A DNA stretch of 64,000 nt from an uncultured Anaerolineaceae bacterium (GTDB lineage Bacteria > Chloroflexota > Anaerolineae > Anaerolineales > UBA4823), in NCBI GenBank assembly GCA_964486825.1, contig CAZAQS010000002.1, positions 100 through 64,099 on the forward strand. The letters are read 5' to 3'. Position numbers and translations under genes: made by a program. The notes beneath the pieces were generated by a model that worked only from the letters and a program-made list of their open reading frames with translations, did no database searches and was not told the origin of the DNA. Positions 1 to 10,272 of this stretch are shown here, one piece after another (position 1 is the first letter of the stretch; each line of letters starts with the position of its first letter).

Positions 1-143
1 TTCGTAAGTTAGTGACTTGGTATAAATTGTCTCTTTCTAAGGATGAGAGTTAATCGATCATGCTCTGGCAATTAATGCCAGTTCATTGGGAATTTAGAAT
101 AAGTCAGTGGAAGCACTGGTTTGATTAGGTAGGAGGAATCACC

Positions 144-2639
144 GTGGCTGGTATGGAACGGTTTACACAGCGAGCGCGCCGGGTATTGAGCCTGGCTCAC
201 CAGGAAGCAGAACGGATGCGCCACAACTACATAGGCACTGAGCACCTCCTCCTTGGTTTAATTCGGGAGGAAGGTGGGGTGGCTGGCCGGGTTTTACGTG
301 AGTTAGGCCTTGAGGCGGAACGCGTTCAGGAAATCGTGGAACGTCTCACGGGTCCCGGCCAAAATCGGGGGGGAAAACTTGACCTTTCCCCAGGGACTCA
401 ACAGGTATTGGAATATGCCGTCGAAGAAGCCCGTAGGATGGGCCATCATTATATCGGGACAGAGCATCTTTTGCTGGGACTCGTCCGGCACGGGCAGGGT
501 ATTGCCTTAGACGTGCTGCGAAAGCTTGGCGTTACCCCCGAGCAGATTCGGAGACAAACTCGCCGCGTGTTGCAGGAAAGCACAGCTACATCTCGCACTC
601 CAGCAGGCGAGGGGAAAGGCGCCGCCAGGCAGGAGCAGGCTCGTCCCAAGACACCCATGGTCGACCAATTGGCAGTCGATCTGACGATGCACGCCGAGGA
701 AGGCAAGCTCGATCCAGTTATCGGTCGCCAAATGGAGATCGAGAGAGTCATCCAAATCCTTGCCCGGCGAAACAAAAACAACCCGGCTTTGATTGGTGAG
801 CCAGGGGTGGGTAAAACCGCCATCGTTGAAGGATTGGCACAGCGAATCGTGGAGGGCGATGTCCCTGCACCTCTGCTGAACAAACGCCTGCTTCAGCTCG
901 ATGTCGGTTCTCTGGTTGCTGGCACGATGTACCGCGGCCAATTCGAGGAACGGCTCAAGAGGGTGATCGAAGAACTAAAGTCCTCTGGGGCCATCCTGTT
1001 CATAGATGAAGTCCACATGCTGGTAGGCGCTGGCGCAGCCGGCTCCTCGGTGGACGCGGCTAATATCCTCAAGCCCGCCCTTTCGCGGGGAGAGCTCCAA
1101 GTGATCGGCGCCACCACGATGGATGAGTACCGCAAGCATATCGAAAGCGATGCGGCTCTCGAGCGGCGCTTCCAACCGGTTATGGTGGAAGAGCCAACTA
1201 CTGATGAAACTATCGAGATCCTGCGCGGTGTCCGCTCAGCCTATGAAGAGCACCACCGCCTGACCATTTCGGACGAGGCCCTGGAGGCGGCTGTCTCGCT
1301 GTCTGCTCGTTACGTCACCGAGCGCTTCCTCCCAGATAAAGCCATCGACCTGATCGACGAATCTTCTTCTCGAGTACGCATGTACAAGAGCCCGGCGGCA
1401 AAAACCTCGAAAGACCTGATGGGCCAACTGCGGGAGATTCGACACAACCATGCCCTGGCATTGGAAGATGGCCGTTTTGATGACGCTCAAGAGATCCTGG
1501 AGCGACAAGAATCCCTCGAGCGACAGCTCGAGCGTTTACGCACCGGTTGGGACCGTGCAAATGCTCCGGTTGTTACCGCCGATGATATCGCAGAGGTGGT
1601 CTCGATGTGGACGGGTGTGCCGGTCATGCAGATCGCGACCGAAGAATCACAGCGCTTACTGCAAATGGAGGATGAACTCCACAAGCAGATCGTTGGCCAG
1701 GAAGAGGCCATCCAGGCCATCTCCCGGGCTGTCCGCCGCTCTCGGGCCGGTCTAAAGGACCCCCGGCGCCCGATTGGATCCTTTATTTTCTTGGGTCCGA
1801 CGGGTGTTGGTAAGACAGAGCTGACCAAAGCTCTAGCCCGCTTCCTCTTCGGCAGCGAGGACGCACTCATCCAGCTCGATATGTCCGAGTTCATGGAGCG
1901 TCACTCGGTCAGCCGCTTGGTCGGTGCGCCTCCTGGATATGTGGGTTATGAGGATGCCGGGCAGCTCACAGAAGCGCTGCGCCGCCGCCCCTACTCCATC
2001 GTGGTCTTCGATGAGATCGAAAAAGCCCACCCGGAGGCTCATAATATGCTCCTGCAGATCATGGAGGAGGGTCACCTGTCCGATGCGCGCGGCCGTAAGG
2101 TCGATTTCCGCAATGCTATCATCGTCATGACCTCCAACGTTGGAGCGGATATGATCAAGCGCCAGGCAGGCATCGGCTTCGCTCTAAAACGTGATGAGGA
2201 TACCGAAGAACGACTGGCTTATGACGATATGCGCAAGAAGCTGATGGAATCCCTGCGTCGTGTCTTCCGGCCTGAGTTTATCAACCGGGTGGACTCGGTC
2301 ATGGTTTTTCATGCGCTATCTAAGGACAATATCCGTGAGATCGTCAACCTGGAGCTCCAGAAGGTGGCCCAACGCTTGGAAGAGAACGCTATCGTGTTGA
2401 CCTCCTCACCTGAAGCCATTGATAAACTGGCAGAGCTGGGCTACGATCCAGATATGGGCGCTCGCCCTCTAAAACGAGTCATCCAGAATAAAATTGAGGA
2501 TCCTCTCTCGGATGCGCTTCTATCCGGACAGTTCGAAGACGGCGACACCATCCTGGTAGATATCCAGGACGAGGAGATCGTGCTCAAACGAGCTGAAAGC
2601 CAGCCTGCTTCGAACACGGAGGCTGTCGCTACAGCATAG
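144..2639 (+). CDS. clpC: ATP-dependent Clp protease ATP-binding subunit ClpC (AAA+ chaperone)
   Basis: 831-aa ORF; duplicated Clp_N repeat ([11 protein letters not shown] twice); two Walker A loops ([16 protein letters not shown]); short UVR-like middle motif; AGGAGG 7 nt upstream of GTG start. Confidence 0.93.
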   Translation: MAGMERFTQRARRVLSLAHQEAERMRHNYIGTEHLLLGLIREEGGVAGRVLRELGLEAERVQEIVERLTGPGQNRGGKLDLSPGTQQVLEYAVEEARRMGHHYIGTEHLLLGLVRHGQGIALDVLRKLGVTPEQIRRQTRRVLQESTATSRTPAGEGKGAARQEQARPKTPMVDQLAVDLTMHAEEGKLDPVIGRQMEIERVIQILARRNKNNPALIGEPGVGKTAIVEGLAQRIVEGDVPAPLLNKRLLQLDVGSLVAGTMYRGQFEERLKRVIEELKSSGAILFIDEVHMLVGAGAAGSSVDAANILKPALSRGELQVIGATTMDEYRKHIESDAALERRFQPVMVEEPTTDETIEILRGVRSAYEEHHRLTISDEALEAAVSLSARYVTERFLPDKAIDLIDESSSRVRMYKSPAAKTSKDLMGQLREIRHNHALALEDGRFDDAQEILERQESLERQLERLRTGWDRANAPVVTADDIAEVVSMWTGVPVMQIATEESQRLLQMEDELHKQIVGQEEAIQAISRAVRRSRAGLKDPRRPIGSFIFLGPTGVGKTELTKALARFLFGSEDALIQLDMSEFMERHSVSRLVGAPPGYVGYEDAGQLTEALRRRPYSIVVFDEIEKAHPEAHNMLLQIMEEGHLSDARGRKVDFRNAIIVMTSNVGADMIKRQAGIGFALKRDEDTEERLAYDDMRKKLMESLRRVFRPEFINRVDSVMVFHALSKDNIREIVNLELQKVAQRLEENAIVLTSSPEAIDKLAELGYDPDMGARPLKRVIQNKIEDPLSDALLSGQFEDGDTILVDIQDEEIVLKRAESQPASNTEAVATA

Positions 2640-2667
2640 CGGTTTTCACAGCAAAATAACAACTACA

Positions 2668-2705
2668 GGAGAACGCGGAATTAATCCGCGTTCTCCTTTT
2701 TATTT
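2668..2705 (+). terminator. Rho-independent terminator after clpC
   Basis: 12-bp perfect stem GGAGAACGCGGA / TCCGCGTTCTCC (2668-2679 / 2685-2696), 5-nt loop, followed by TTTTTATTT. Confidence 0.75.
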
Positions 2706-2944
2706 AGTGTTTTTGCACCAAGTACGATCGTGAGCAATTCCAGTGCTGATGTTTTCTCACAAACCTGTGCCAGTACCGCAGCCATGCCAATTAGTGAATC
2801 CAGGACAGCAGGCATAACCTGCGTTGCCCATGCAGTTTCTAAGGCATCCTTGAAACTCCGCTGTGCTTCGGAATATTGACCAATTACGCCAGTTTTACTA
2901 TTGATTGCTCCATCTTGTATATCACTGATACCTACACCAACCAA
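2681..2944 (-). CDS. Hypothetical 87-aa protein (doubtful)
   Basis: ORF only; TTG start; 3' end overlaps the clpC terminator hairpin; no recognisable motif. Confidence 0.25.
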   Translation of the reverse strand: MVGVGISDIQDGAINSKTGVIGQYSEAQRSFKDALETAWATQVMPAVLDSLIGMAAVLAQVCEKTSALELLTIVLGAKTLNKKENAD

Positions 2945-3011
2945 ATTAGATTCGGCTTATATCCGAACAAATGTACTATGCAGCAAATAAGGGCAAGAGT
3001 ATAATTATCGT

Positions 3012-4451
3012 ATGACCAAGCTTCGCACCCAATATGTTTGCCAGAACTGTGGGCGGACCGCTCCTCGCAATATGGGACGCTGCCCACAATGCAACGCCTG
3101 GAACTCAATGGTTGAGGAGGTGATCGCTACGACAACTCCTGCCGCGAGCGCCAGGCTGCGTGGCGTATCATCAGTTTCCGAGCCGCGCCGCCTTTCTGAA
3201 ATTACTACCGACGGTGAGGAGCGCATACCTCTATCCATTGGAGAGTTCTCGCGCGTCCTAGGTGGAGGGATCGTGCCTGGTTCCATCGTTTTGGTCGGTG
3301 GAGACCCTGGCATTGGCAAATCCACCCTCTTGCTTCAACTTGCCCTCGAGATCGCCGGGCGAGCTCAAGTCTTATACGTATCCGGGGAAGAGTCAGAGCG
3401 CCAGATCAAGATGCGCGCTACCCGCCTGCTGCGGGACTCCGATTCCAATTCGGGATCTGAGCGGGGTATGCCCGAATCCCTGTTCCTGGTTACTGAAACC
3501 AACTTGAGCGTGATACTGGAGCATATCGCCAGTGTCCAACCAACCTTGCTGGTGCTCGACTCTGTCCAGACCACTTATTTACCTGAGCTGGAGTCTTCCG
3601 CCGGATCGGTTTCACAGGTCCGTGAAAGCGCTTCCCGCCTGAGAGAGCTGGCTAAATCTTCTGGCATCTCGGTTTTTCTGATCGGTCACGTCACCAAGGA
3701 AGGCGTCATTGCTGGGCCGCGCGTCCTGGAGCATATCGTGGATACGGTGCTCTATCTGGAAGGCGATCGTTTCCAGTCTTACCGCCTGTTGCGGTCTGTG
3801 AAGAACCGTTTTGGGGCCACATCGGAAGTGGGCGTATTCGAAATGGGTGAGCGGGGCATGGATGAAGTGACCAATCCCTCGGAGGCCTTCTTGGCTGAGC
3901 GGATGGTCAACGCCCCCGGTTCGGCGATTGCCGTAACGATGGAAGGCACCCGGCCGTTGCTGGTGGAGATCCAAGGCCTGACCAGCGCCACCTCTTTCGG
4001 CAACCCGCGCCGCACACCGAATGGGGTGGATTTCAACCGCCTGCTGCTTACAGTAGCAGTCTTAACCCGGCGAGTAGGGCTGCGCCTGGGCGAGCAGGAT
4101 GTGTTCGTCAACGTGGTCAGCGGGATTAAGGTGGGAGAGCCGGCGGCTGACCTCGCCATCGCTGCGGCCATCGCTTCCTCGGTGCGTGATGCACCCGTGC
4201 GCGCGGATACTGTCCTGATCGGCGAGATTGGTCTTTCCGGTGAACTGCGTATGGTTGGACAGATGCCGGCCCGCTTGAGGGAAGCTGCCAAGCTTGGTTT
4301 TAGAACAGCCATTGTTCCACACCGGCTGAGGCGGGGAGAACCATGGCCCTCGGATATCGAAGTCGTTGAAGTTCGTTCTTTGAAGCAGGCTCTTAATCAC
4401 GCTTTGCTCTCCGATGAGGCCAGAACGGCTAAAGCCACTCAGCCAGGTTAA
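3012..4451 (+). CDS. radA: DNA repair protein RadA/Sms
   Basis: N-terminal zinc finger CQNCG...CPQC; Walker A GDPGIGKST; KNRFG motif; Lon-like C-terminal domain; clpC-radA synteny. Confidence 0.93.
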   Translation: MTKLRTQYVCQNCGRTAPRNMGRCPQCNAWNSMVEEVIATTTPAASARLRGVSSVSEPRRLSEITTDGEERIPLSIGEFSRVLGGGIVPGSIVLVGGDPGIGKSTLLLQLALEIAGRAQVLYVSGEESERQIKMRATRLLRDSDSNSGSERGMPESLFLVTETNLSVILEHIASVQPTLLVLDSVQTTYLPELESSAGSVSQVRESASRLRELAKSSGISVFLIGHVTKEGVIAGPRVLEHIVDTVLYLEGDRFQSYRLLRSVKNRFGATSEVGVFEMGERGMDEVTNPSEAFLAERMVNAPGSAIAVTMEGTRPLLVEIQGLTSATSFGNPRRTPNGVDFNRLLLTVAVLTRRVGLRLGEQDVFVNVVSGIKVGEPAADLAIAAAIASSVRDAPVRADTVLIGEIGLSGELRMVGQMPARLREAAKLGFRTAIVPHRLRRGEPWPSDIEVVEVRSLKQALNHALLSDEARTAKATQPG

Positions 4452-4590
4452 CCGCTTTTCACTTTCTCTTATACAAAATCTAAGTAAATCTACATTTACG
4501 AAACCCATAGAGTCTGATAAAAATACTCTGGTTCTACGCGCCTGCGTGTGTAGTTCCCCAAAGGATCTAATTTGAATCAAGGGAGGCTAA

Positions 4591-5895
4591 ATGCTGCGTA
4601 AACGACTTCAACTCGGCTTAATCCACGTTGCCGTGGCGATGACTCTTGTACCTATTAACAGTACATTGAACAGGGTGATGATCAAAGAATTGATGCTGAC
4701 GGCCACACTTGTTGCTGTCCTGGCTTCCCTTCCTTACCTTTTTTCACCCATTCAGGTGGCGATCGGTTCGTTCGCTGACCGGCACCCGATCCTTGGACGC
4801 AGGCGCACGCCTTATATCATCGCCGGCCTGTTCTTGTGCGTGGCTGGCGTGATTGTCTCGCCGCATGTCGCTTTCATACTGGCTGAGGACTGGTGGGCTG
4901 GCCTGGGGTTCGGTATCCTGGCCTTCGGGGCTTGGGGAATGGGCTTTAACTTTGCTACCGTCTCCTATCTTTCTCTGGCTAGCGAGATCTCCGGGGAAGG
5001 CGGGCGCGGCCGCACCATCGCCACGATGTTCTTCATGATGATCGTTGGTATCATCATTACTTCCATTGTTTTAAGTAACCTGGTCGATCCATACACCCCG
5101 GAAGCATTGGTGAGCTCCTTCTTATATGTCGGGATAGCGGCTCTTGTCCTGGGATTGGCCGGTTTGGTAAAGCTTGAAGATCGGTTAGAGGCAGGCGCCC
5201 AGCCTGGTGCCAAAGAACATTCCTGGTCGACCATGGCTAAGGCCGTTTTCGCGAACAAGCAGGCTACGCTCTTCTTCTGGTACCTGATCATTTTGCTGGT
5301 AGCCCTTCTTGGACAGGATATCCTGCTAGAACCGTATGGAGGCCAGGCTTTTGGCATGGCAGTGCGTACAACCACCCGTATCACTTCCATTTGGGGTATT
5401 TGTGTCCTGGCTGCCCTGGTCATAGCTGCTGCCCTCGAAAGGAAAGTGGAAAAGAAGACCGTCGCGCGTTGGGGAGGAGTCATCGCCCTGATCGGTTTTG
5501 TCCTGATCGCAGGCAGCGGGGTCATCCATAGTCAAACCGTTTTCTGGGCTGGAGTCATTCTGTTGGGCGGGGGTACCGGCCTTTCGACCGTTTCAAACCT
5601 CTCATTGATGCTCGACATGACAACTCCGAATAATGTGGGCCTATTCATCGGGGCATGGGGCATGGCTAATGCCATATCCCGATTGCTTGGCTTCACCCTC
5701 AGCGGCGCAGTCCGGGATGTTATCACGCACATGACTCAAAGCATGGTGACCGGGTATGTGGTGGTTTTTAGCATCCTCGCTCTGCTGCTCCTGATTTCAT
5801 TAGTGATGCTCAGCCGCATCAATGTCAGCGCCTTCCAAAAAAGAGCCCAGCAGATGGGCATTGTCGAGCGAGCCGCCTTGGTGAACGAAACGTAG
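4591..5895 (+). CDS. BCD/PucC-family MFS transporter
   Basis: 434 aa, about 12 TM segments; N-terminus LGLIHVAVAMTLVPINSTLNRVMI...FADRHPILGRRRTPYI typical of the PucC/LhaA (BCD) family; GGGAGG RBS. Confidence 0.75.
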   Translation: MLRKRLQLGLIHVAVAMTLVPINSTLNRVMIKELMLTATLVAVLASLPYLFSPIQVAIGSFADRHPILGRRRTPYIIAGLFLCVAGVIVSPHVAFILAEDWWAGLGFGILAFGAWGMGFNFATVSYLSLASEISGEGGRGRTIATMFFMMIVGIIITSIVLSNLVDPYTPEALVSSFLYVGIAALVLGLAGLVKLEDRLEAGAQPGAKEHSWSTMAKAVFANKQATLFFWYLIILLVALLGQDILLEPYGGQAFGMAVRTTTRITSIWGICVLAALVIAAALERKVEKKTVARWGGVIALIGFVLIAGSGVIHSQTVFWAGVILLGGGTGLSTVSNLSLMLDMTTPNNVGLFIGAWGMANAISRLLGFTLSGAVRDVITHMTQSMVTGYVVVFSILALLLLISLVMLSRINVSAFQKRAQQMGIVERAALVNET

Positions 5896-5934
5896 TTTAT
5901 TCACCACCTGTAAGACCTTTCTGAGGAGACTTAT

Positions 5935-6561
5935 ATGCCAGGAGAATGGTTGAGCTTAAGCGAAGTAGCTGAAGTCCTTGGCGTCCATCCCAGCACGATA
6001 CGAAGCTGGGCAGATAACGGGCGCTTACCCGTCCACAGGACACAAGGAGGGCACCGGCGCTTCCGCCGCAGTGAAGTCGACCTGTGTATGCAGTCTAATA
6101 GTGCGTACCAATCTATGGAAGTGGATCAGGTCGTGCAGAGCGCCTTAAAAAAGACCCGCATCCAGATCGGAGAGGGACGCCTGGAAGCCGAGCCCTGGTA
6201 CCATAAGCTGGATGAGGAAGCGCGTTACCAGTACCGCCAGAGCGGGCGAGAGCTTTTACAAGGCTTGATCGTGCACCTGGCCTCGCCAGGCTCAGACTCG
6301 AAGGCTGAAGCGCGTGCCCTGGGTTACGAATATGCATCCCGGGGTAGCCGCCGTGGCTTAAGCTGTGCGGAAGCTACCCATGCCTTCCTTTTCTTCCGTA
6401 ATCTGCTGCTCGAATCCATGCTCACGGTCTACGAAAGCGCAGCCGTACAATCGCCCAAGGTGTGGAGTGATATGCTCCGGAAAGTCCAGTCTTTTACAGA
6501 CCAGATCCTGATTACCCTCCTGGAAACTTATGAGGGGTACCGGCGTAGTAACAACAGATGA
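5935..6561 (+). CDS. MerR/excisionase-type HTH DNA-binding protein with unassigned C-terminal helical domain
   Basis: N-terminus WLSLSEVAEVLGVHPSTIRSWADNGRLPVHRTQGGHRRF is an HTH_17-type motif; GAGGAG RBS. Confidence 0.7.
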   Translation: MPGEWLSLSEVAEVLGVHPSTIRSWADNGRLPVHRTQGGHRRFRRSEVDLCMQSNSAYQSMEVDQVVQSALKKTRIQIGEGRLEAEPWYHKLDEEARYQYRQSGRELLQGLIVHLASPGSDSKAEARALGYEYASRGSRRGLSCAEATHAFLFFRNLLLESMLTVYESAAVQSPKVWSDMLRKVQSFTDQILITLLETYEGYRRSNNR

Positions 6562-6698
6562 AACCACCTAGCAAGCGTTTTACACCAAACCGATGGATCG
6601 AGTGGGTAGTTCCGGCTGTCCTGTTGCTTATATTTGCGGCGCTAATCGCCACGCTGGTCATAACCGGCTTATCCGTTTTTTCTGAAGTGATCTACTAA
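6558..6698 (+). CDS. Small single-pass membrane protein (46 aa), absent from the ORF track
   Basis: ATG overlaps the upstream stop as ATGA (6558-6561); translates MKPPSKRFTPNRWIEWVVPAVLLLIFAALIATLVITGLSVFSEVIY with one clear TM helix. Confidence 0.4.
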   Translation: MKPPSKRFTPNRWIEWVVPAVLLLIFAALIATLVITGLSVFSEVIY

Positions 6699-6719
6699 AT
6701 CCTGGTATTGGAGGAAAGC

Positions 6720-7439
6720 ATGCATTATATATCGATTTTTTCTACCATAATCATCGTAGCTTTTGCTGCGGCTGTCTTCAGCCGGTATAAGAAAAGAGGC
6801 GGCATACATCTCCTGCTGTGGGGTGTCGGGTTGATATTTTATGGCTTAGGAACATTCAGCGAAGCCATTATGCTGTTCACCTTCAATACCTCCATCCTAA
6901 AGATATGGTATTTCTCCGGGGCAATGATGACGGCCGCCTGGCTCGGACAGGGAACGGTGCACCTGCTTGTGCGCAAGCGTGGGGTTGCCCCTGCAATGAC
7001 GGTTGGTCTTGGCATCATCTCTCTACTCGCGCTGTGGCTCCTGCTAACTGCACCGGTTACATCTGCGGCAGCTGCATTCGATGTAAACCAGCCCGCCTCG
7101 GCCCAGTACCGGGAAATCCTGGTGCGGGGCACGCCACTGACCATCCTGACCATCCTCCTTAATATATATGGGACAGTTGCTCTGGTGGGCGGTGCTTTGT
7201 ATTCATCCTTTATCTTCTGGCGCAAGCGTGTCCTGGCGGACCGCATGTTTGGCAATATCTTCATTGCTACGGGCGCCATGATGCCTGCCATGGGTGGCAC
7301 CTTTTCAAGGGCCGGCCTGCCGGACTGGCTCTACCTGAGCGAGTTCCTGGGTGCGATCTTGATGTTCGCTGGTTTTATGATCGCCACTTCATCCCAGCGG
7401 GTAAAGAAAGACGCTCCGATCCCCTCGACGGCAAAATAA
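6720..7439 (+). CDS. Integral membrane protein (about 7 TM), unknown function
   Basis: ORF 6708-7439; GGAGGA RBS favours ATG 6720; strongly hydrophobic throughout. Confidence 0.7.
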   Translation: MHYISIFSTIIIVAFAAAVFSRYKKRGGIHLLLWGVGLIFYGLGTFSEAIMLFTFNTSILKIWYFSGAMMTAAWLGQGTVHLLVRKRGVAPAMTVGLGIISLLALWLLLTAPVTSAAAAFDVNQPASAQYREILVRGTPLTILTILLNIYGTVALVGGALYSSFIFWRKRVLADRMFGNIFIATGAMMPAMGGTFSRAGLPDWLYLSEFLGAILMFAGFMIATSSQRVKKDAPIPSTAK

Positions 7440-7536
7440 TAATTCGAGTATAATCAGCCATCTCCCCTTATCAATATAACCGGTCTCCCGTCTGGCAATA
7501 CCTGGCGGGTAACCTGACACATTTTTGGAGGTAATT

Positions 7537-8070
7537 GTGCCTACAGTTCTATCGAAAATCGCCCAAAATATTCTCGGTGCTCCGGCAGTTTCAAGCATCC
7601 GTCGCAACCATGGCCTGGAGCATGCCACATTGAATATACTCTCGCAGCGCTATCCGAAGGCAAACCTGGCAGGCCATTCCAATGCCGGTGGTTTCTGGTT
7701 GTTAGGGAATGTAACCACAGAAGATGTGAAGTCTGCAGTCGAAGAGGCTCTGCGCCGCATGGGGGCTGGAGAGCATAACCTGGCTGTGCATGCCAACTGC
7801 GGTACGAACTTCGTAACAGCGGGAACCATCGCTGGCATCGCCGGCGCGTTGGCAATGGCTGGCGTGGGCAGCCGCTGGAACGAGCGTCTCGAGCGCCTGC
7901 CACTGGCAGCCTCTCTGGCTACCGTAGCTTTGATCCTCTCACAGCCTCTCGGGTTGAAGATCCAGGAGCGCGTTACCACTTGTGGGGAACCTGGGTCGCT
8001 ACAGGTTATCGACATTATCCCGACTCGCCGCGGCCGTATCAAAGCGCACCAGATCATCACACGAGGTTAG
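7537..8070 (+). CDS. Conserved hypothetical protein with His/Cys motifs
   Basis: ORF 7525-8070; GGAGGT precedes GTG 7537; motifs RRNHGLEHAT and AVHANCGTNF; hydrophobic C-terminal half. Confidence 0.55.
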   Translation: MPTVLSKIAQNILGAPAVSSIRRNHGLEHATLNILSQRYPKANLAGHSNAGGFWLLGNVTTEDVKSAVEEALRRMGAGEHNLAVHANCGTNFVTAGTIAGIAGALAMAGVGSRWNERLERLPLAASLATVALILSQPLGLKIQERVTTCGEPGSLQVIDIIPTRRGRIKAHQIITRG

Positions 8071-8071
8071 T

Positions 8072-9061
8072 ATGGTTCAAATCCCGCCGGTAGTGTACCT
8101 GCTGCACGGCGAAGATGAGTATGCGATCACCCAGTTCATCGCCGGGCTTCAGGCGAAGCTGGGTGATCCCGCGCTGGTAGACCTGAATACGACCCGCCTG
8201 GACGGTCGCTCAGTCACTTACTCGGAGATCGAAGCAGCTGTGAGTAGCTTACCTTTTATGGGTAAGCGTCGCCTGGTTTTGATGTCTAACCCCCTCGCTT
8301 ATCTCAATCGGCAGGCAGAAAGCGAGCGCTTTAAGGCTTTGCTCCCGCGTATCCCTGCTGCTGTGGCTTTCGTCCTTTACGAGTTCCGTCCCTTTATGAC
8401 CAAAAAGGATCGGAAGTACCAATGGCTTGAAAAACTTTCCCAGGCTTCAGAGGGTAGGATTTATCTGAAGCTATTCCCTCTCCCGAAAAGCGGTGAGATG
8501 CCCTCTCGCATCCAGAAGCTGGCGAAGGAAGCCGGCGGGGAGATTACTCTCCAGGCAGCCCAGTTGCTGGCTGCTTTGGTAGGCGAGAACCCGCGGCTCG
8601 CCCAGCACGAGCTCAATAAGCTGCTCGCTTATGTAAATTACAGGCGCTCTATTGAAGAGGAGGATGTCCAAAGCTTGACGGCAGATGTCGGCCAGGGGGA
8701 TATCTTCGAAATGGTTGACGCCATCGGCAACCGTGATGGTAAGATGGCCTTGCAAATGCTGCACAGGCTGTTATTGGAACAAGATGTGCCTTTGATTAAT
8801 GGGATGGTTGTGCGCCAATTCCGCCTGCTGCTGCTCTCGCGTGAAATCCTGGATAACGGCGGGCAGCAAGGGGATGTGAACCGCGAGCTAAAGCTGCATC
8901 CCTATGTAGGCGAAAAGATCGTCAAGCAGGTGCGACACTTTACCATGCAGGATTTAGAAACGATTTTCCACCGCTTGCTGGCGATGGATGTGGCTGTAAA
9001 ATCGGGGGAGATCGACCCGGTCCTGGCGCTGGATACCCTTATCGCTGGTATTACCTCTTAG
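8072..9061 (+). CDS. holA: DNA polymerase III delta subunit
   Basis: N-terminus PPVVYLLHGEDEYAI...; overall delta-subunit layout; ATG 8072 follows the upstream stop (8068-8070) and a GAGG RBS; the 7982 extension overlaps the previous gene. Confidence 0.8.
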   Translation: MVQIPPVVYLLHGEDEYAITQFIAGLQAKLGDPALVDLNTTRLDGRSVTYSEIEAAVSSLPFMGKRRLVLMSNPLAYLNRQAESERFKALLPRIPAAVAFVLYEFRPFMTKKDRKYQWLEKLSQASEGRIYLKLFPLPKSGEMPSRIQKLAKEAGGEITLQAAQLLAALVGENPRLAQHELNKLLAYVNYRRSIEEEDVQSLTADVGQGDIFEMVDAIGNRDGKMALQMLHRLLLEQDVPLINGMVVRQFRLLLLSREILDNGGQQGDVNRELKLHPYVGEKIVKQVRHFTMQDLETIFHRLLAMDVAVKSGEIDPVLALDTLIAGITS

Positions 9062-9106
9062 CTATCCATCCAGCTCGTTTGTGACCGGCAGTTTTCTCAA
9101 TTGCCC

Positions 9107-9337
9107 TTATTCTTTGCCATTCACGCCCAACCAGAAGTGGTTTGGCATCACCGATCCATTGGTGCGCACTTCCACTTCTTTGGCTTTGACCGGGTTTCCA
9201 TTGATCATGCTGGGGTGAACAAAGCATAGATTGGGGGAATGCCCGTATTTATCTTTGTAATAGTTGGCGGCGCGCTCGATTTTTGCTACCAAATCGGCTT
9301 TCGGGTCATTGTCAAACCAAAGCATTCCGATGTCCAT
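9107..9337 (-). CDS. 76-aa hypothetical protein, second gene of the putative SOS operon
   Basis: GGGAGA RBS 5 nt before the ATG; only 14 nt after the upstream ATPase stop; no family recognised. Confidence 0.65.
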   Translation of the reverse strand: MDIGMLWFDNDPKADLVAKIERAANYYKDKYGHSPNLCFVHPSMINGNPVKAKEVEVRTNGSVMPNHFWLGVNGKE

Positions 9338-9351
9338 GGATTTCTCCCAAT

Positions 9352-10251
9352 TTAATTCAGGCTAGGTACCCAGAACTGCACCCAATCGCTATCCACCAGT
9401 ACACCGAACTGTGCGCCAGGTATCAGCCTATGTGGATATTGTATCCGCTTCTCGTTACTTGCGCTTGAAAAAATGCCTTCCTGTGGTCTGGCTTGCATAT
9501 ATCCGACCAACCAGGTCCCAAAGCGCTCAAGTACTTCCGGTTGCACCATGTTTTCTTTTTGTACTTCCAGGGTAGCTACCGTCCAGATGCGGAACTGAGG
9601 ACCATTTGCGATAGTCCATAAGAGCAGGTCCAACAATTCGGCATCTAGAGAGTTGGTCAGCTCATCTAGCCCATCTACCGCAAGGATGAAAGCCGGACCG
9701 TGATCACGCCCGTTGCGGCGTTGTTCCAGCAGGTTAGCCAGCTCGTGGATCGTTTCGTAAGCTTTTTCGTTATAGGGTGCAGATATCTTGTAAGCATGCG
9801 GTTTCTGGCTGAGCCAGGCGATATCACCAAGCTGGAAGGTGATGCAACTGAAGCGGAACTTACGTGGGGAATTGACCAGGCAAGCTGAGCTAAGGATGGA
9901 TAGCATCAGCCTGGTTTTACCACTTCCTGGATCTCCGAGGATCAGCAAAGAGCCCGCATCTGAGCTCGACAGATCCATCAAGATCGGTGAGCCGTCCTCC
10001 GATGAACCGATCAGAATGGAGTACTCCGGAACTGTACCCATTTGCCCCAACACCTGTTCCAAAGAAGGAATTTTGATCTGGACGATCGAATTGTGATAAC
10101 GGGGGTCAAGACCAGAGGAGCTCCTGGATCCTTTTTGCAGGCTGTCTAGTGTTTCCCTGGCGCCGTTTGTCAGCTCGGTCGCCAGGCGGGATACGAGATC
10201 TACCCCTATTGCCAGCCGGTTGTTCTTATTGTGGTTTTCGGGCATGACCAT
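9352..10251 (-). CDS. Stand-alone FtsK/SpoIIIE-like P-loop ATPase
   Basis: Walker A LILGDPGSGKT; Walker B FILAVDGLDE; motif order resembles a single FtsK/EssC motor domain; no TM; start set at ATG 10251 (GAAGGA RBS) because the 10308 extension overlaps the promoter. Confidence 0.7.
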   Translation of the reverse strand: MVMPENHNKNNRLAIGVDLVSRLATELTNGARETLDSLQKGSRSSSGLDPRYHNSIVQIKIPSLEQVLGQMGTVPEYSILIGSSEDGSPILMDLSSSDAGSLLILGDPGSGKTRLMLSILSSACLVNSPRKFRFSCITFQLGDIAWLSQKPHAYKISAPYNEKAYETIHELANLLEQRRNGRDHGPAFILAVDGLDELTNSLDAELLDLLLWTIANGPQFRIWTVATLEVQKENMVQPEVLERFGTWLVGYMQARPQEGIFSSASNEKRIQYPHRLIPGAQFGVLVDSDWVQFWVPSLN

Positions 10252-10272
10252 CTTTGAGATCCTTCTGATACT

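Noticed and set aside
1-143. CtsR or CIRCE heat-shock operator upstream of clpC
   Set aside because: No GGTCAAA direct repeat or TTAGCACTC-N9-GAGTGCTAA is present. Only a small dyad CTGGCAATTAATGCCAG (about 65-81) of unknown meaning is found.
449-941. Long antisense or alternate-frame ORFs inside clpC. The same pattern occurs at 3779-4312, 4062-4580, 36062-36757, 46528-47082, 47073-47636, 51949-52737 and 57104-57799.
   Set aside because: These are shadow ORFs of GC-rich coding regions. They have low-complexity Arg/Ser/Pro-rich translations, no RBS, and are fully embedded in confidently assigned genes.
7982-8071. N-terminal extension of the holA ORF
   Set aside because: It overlaps the upstream gene. 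ATG 8072 follows that gene's stop and a GAGG RBS, and the delta-subunit homology starts there.
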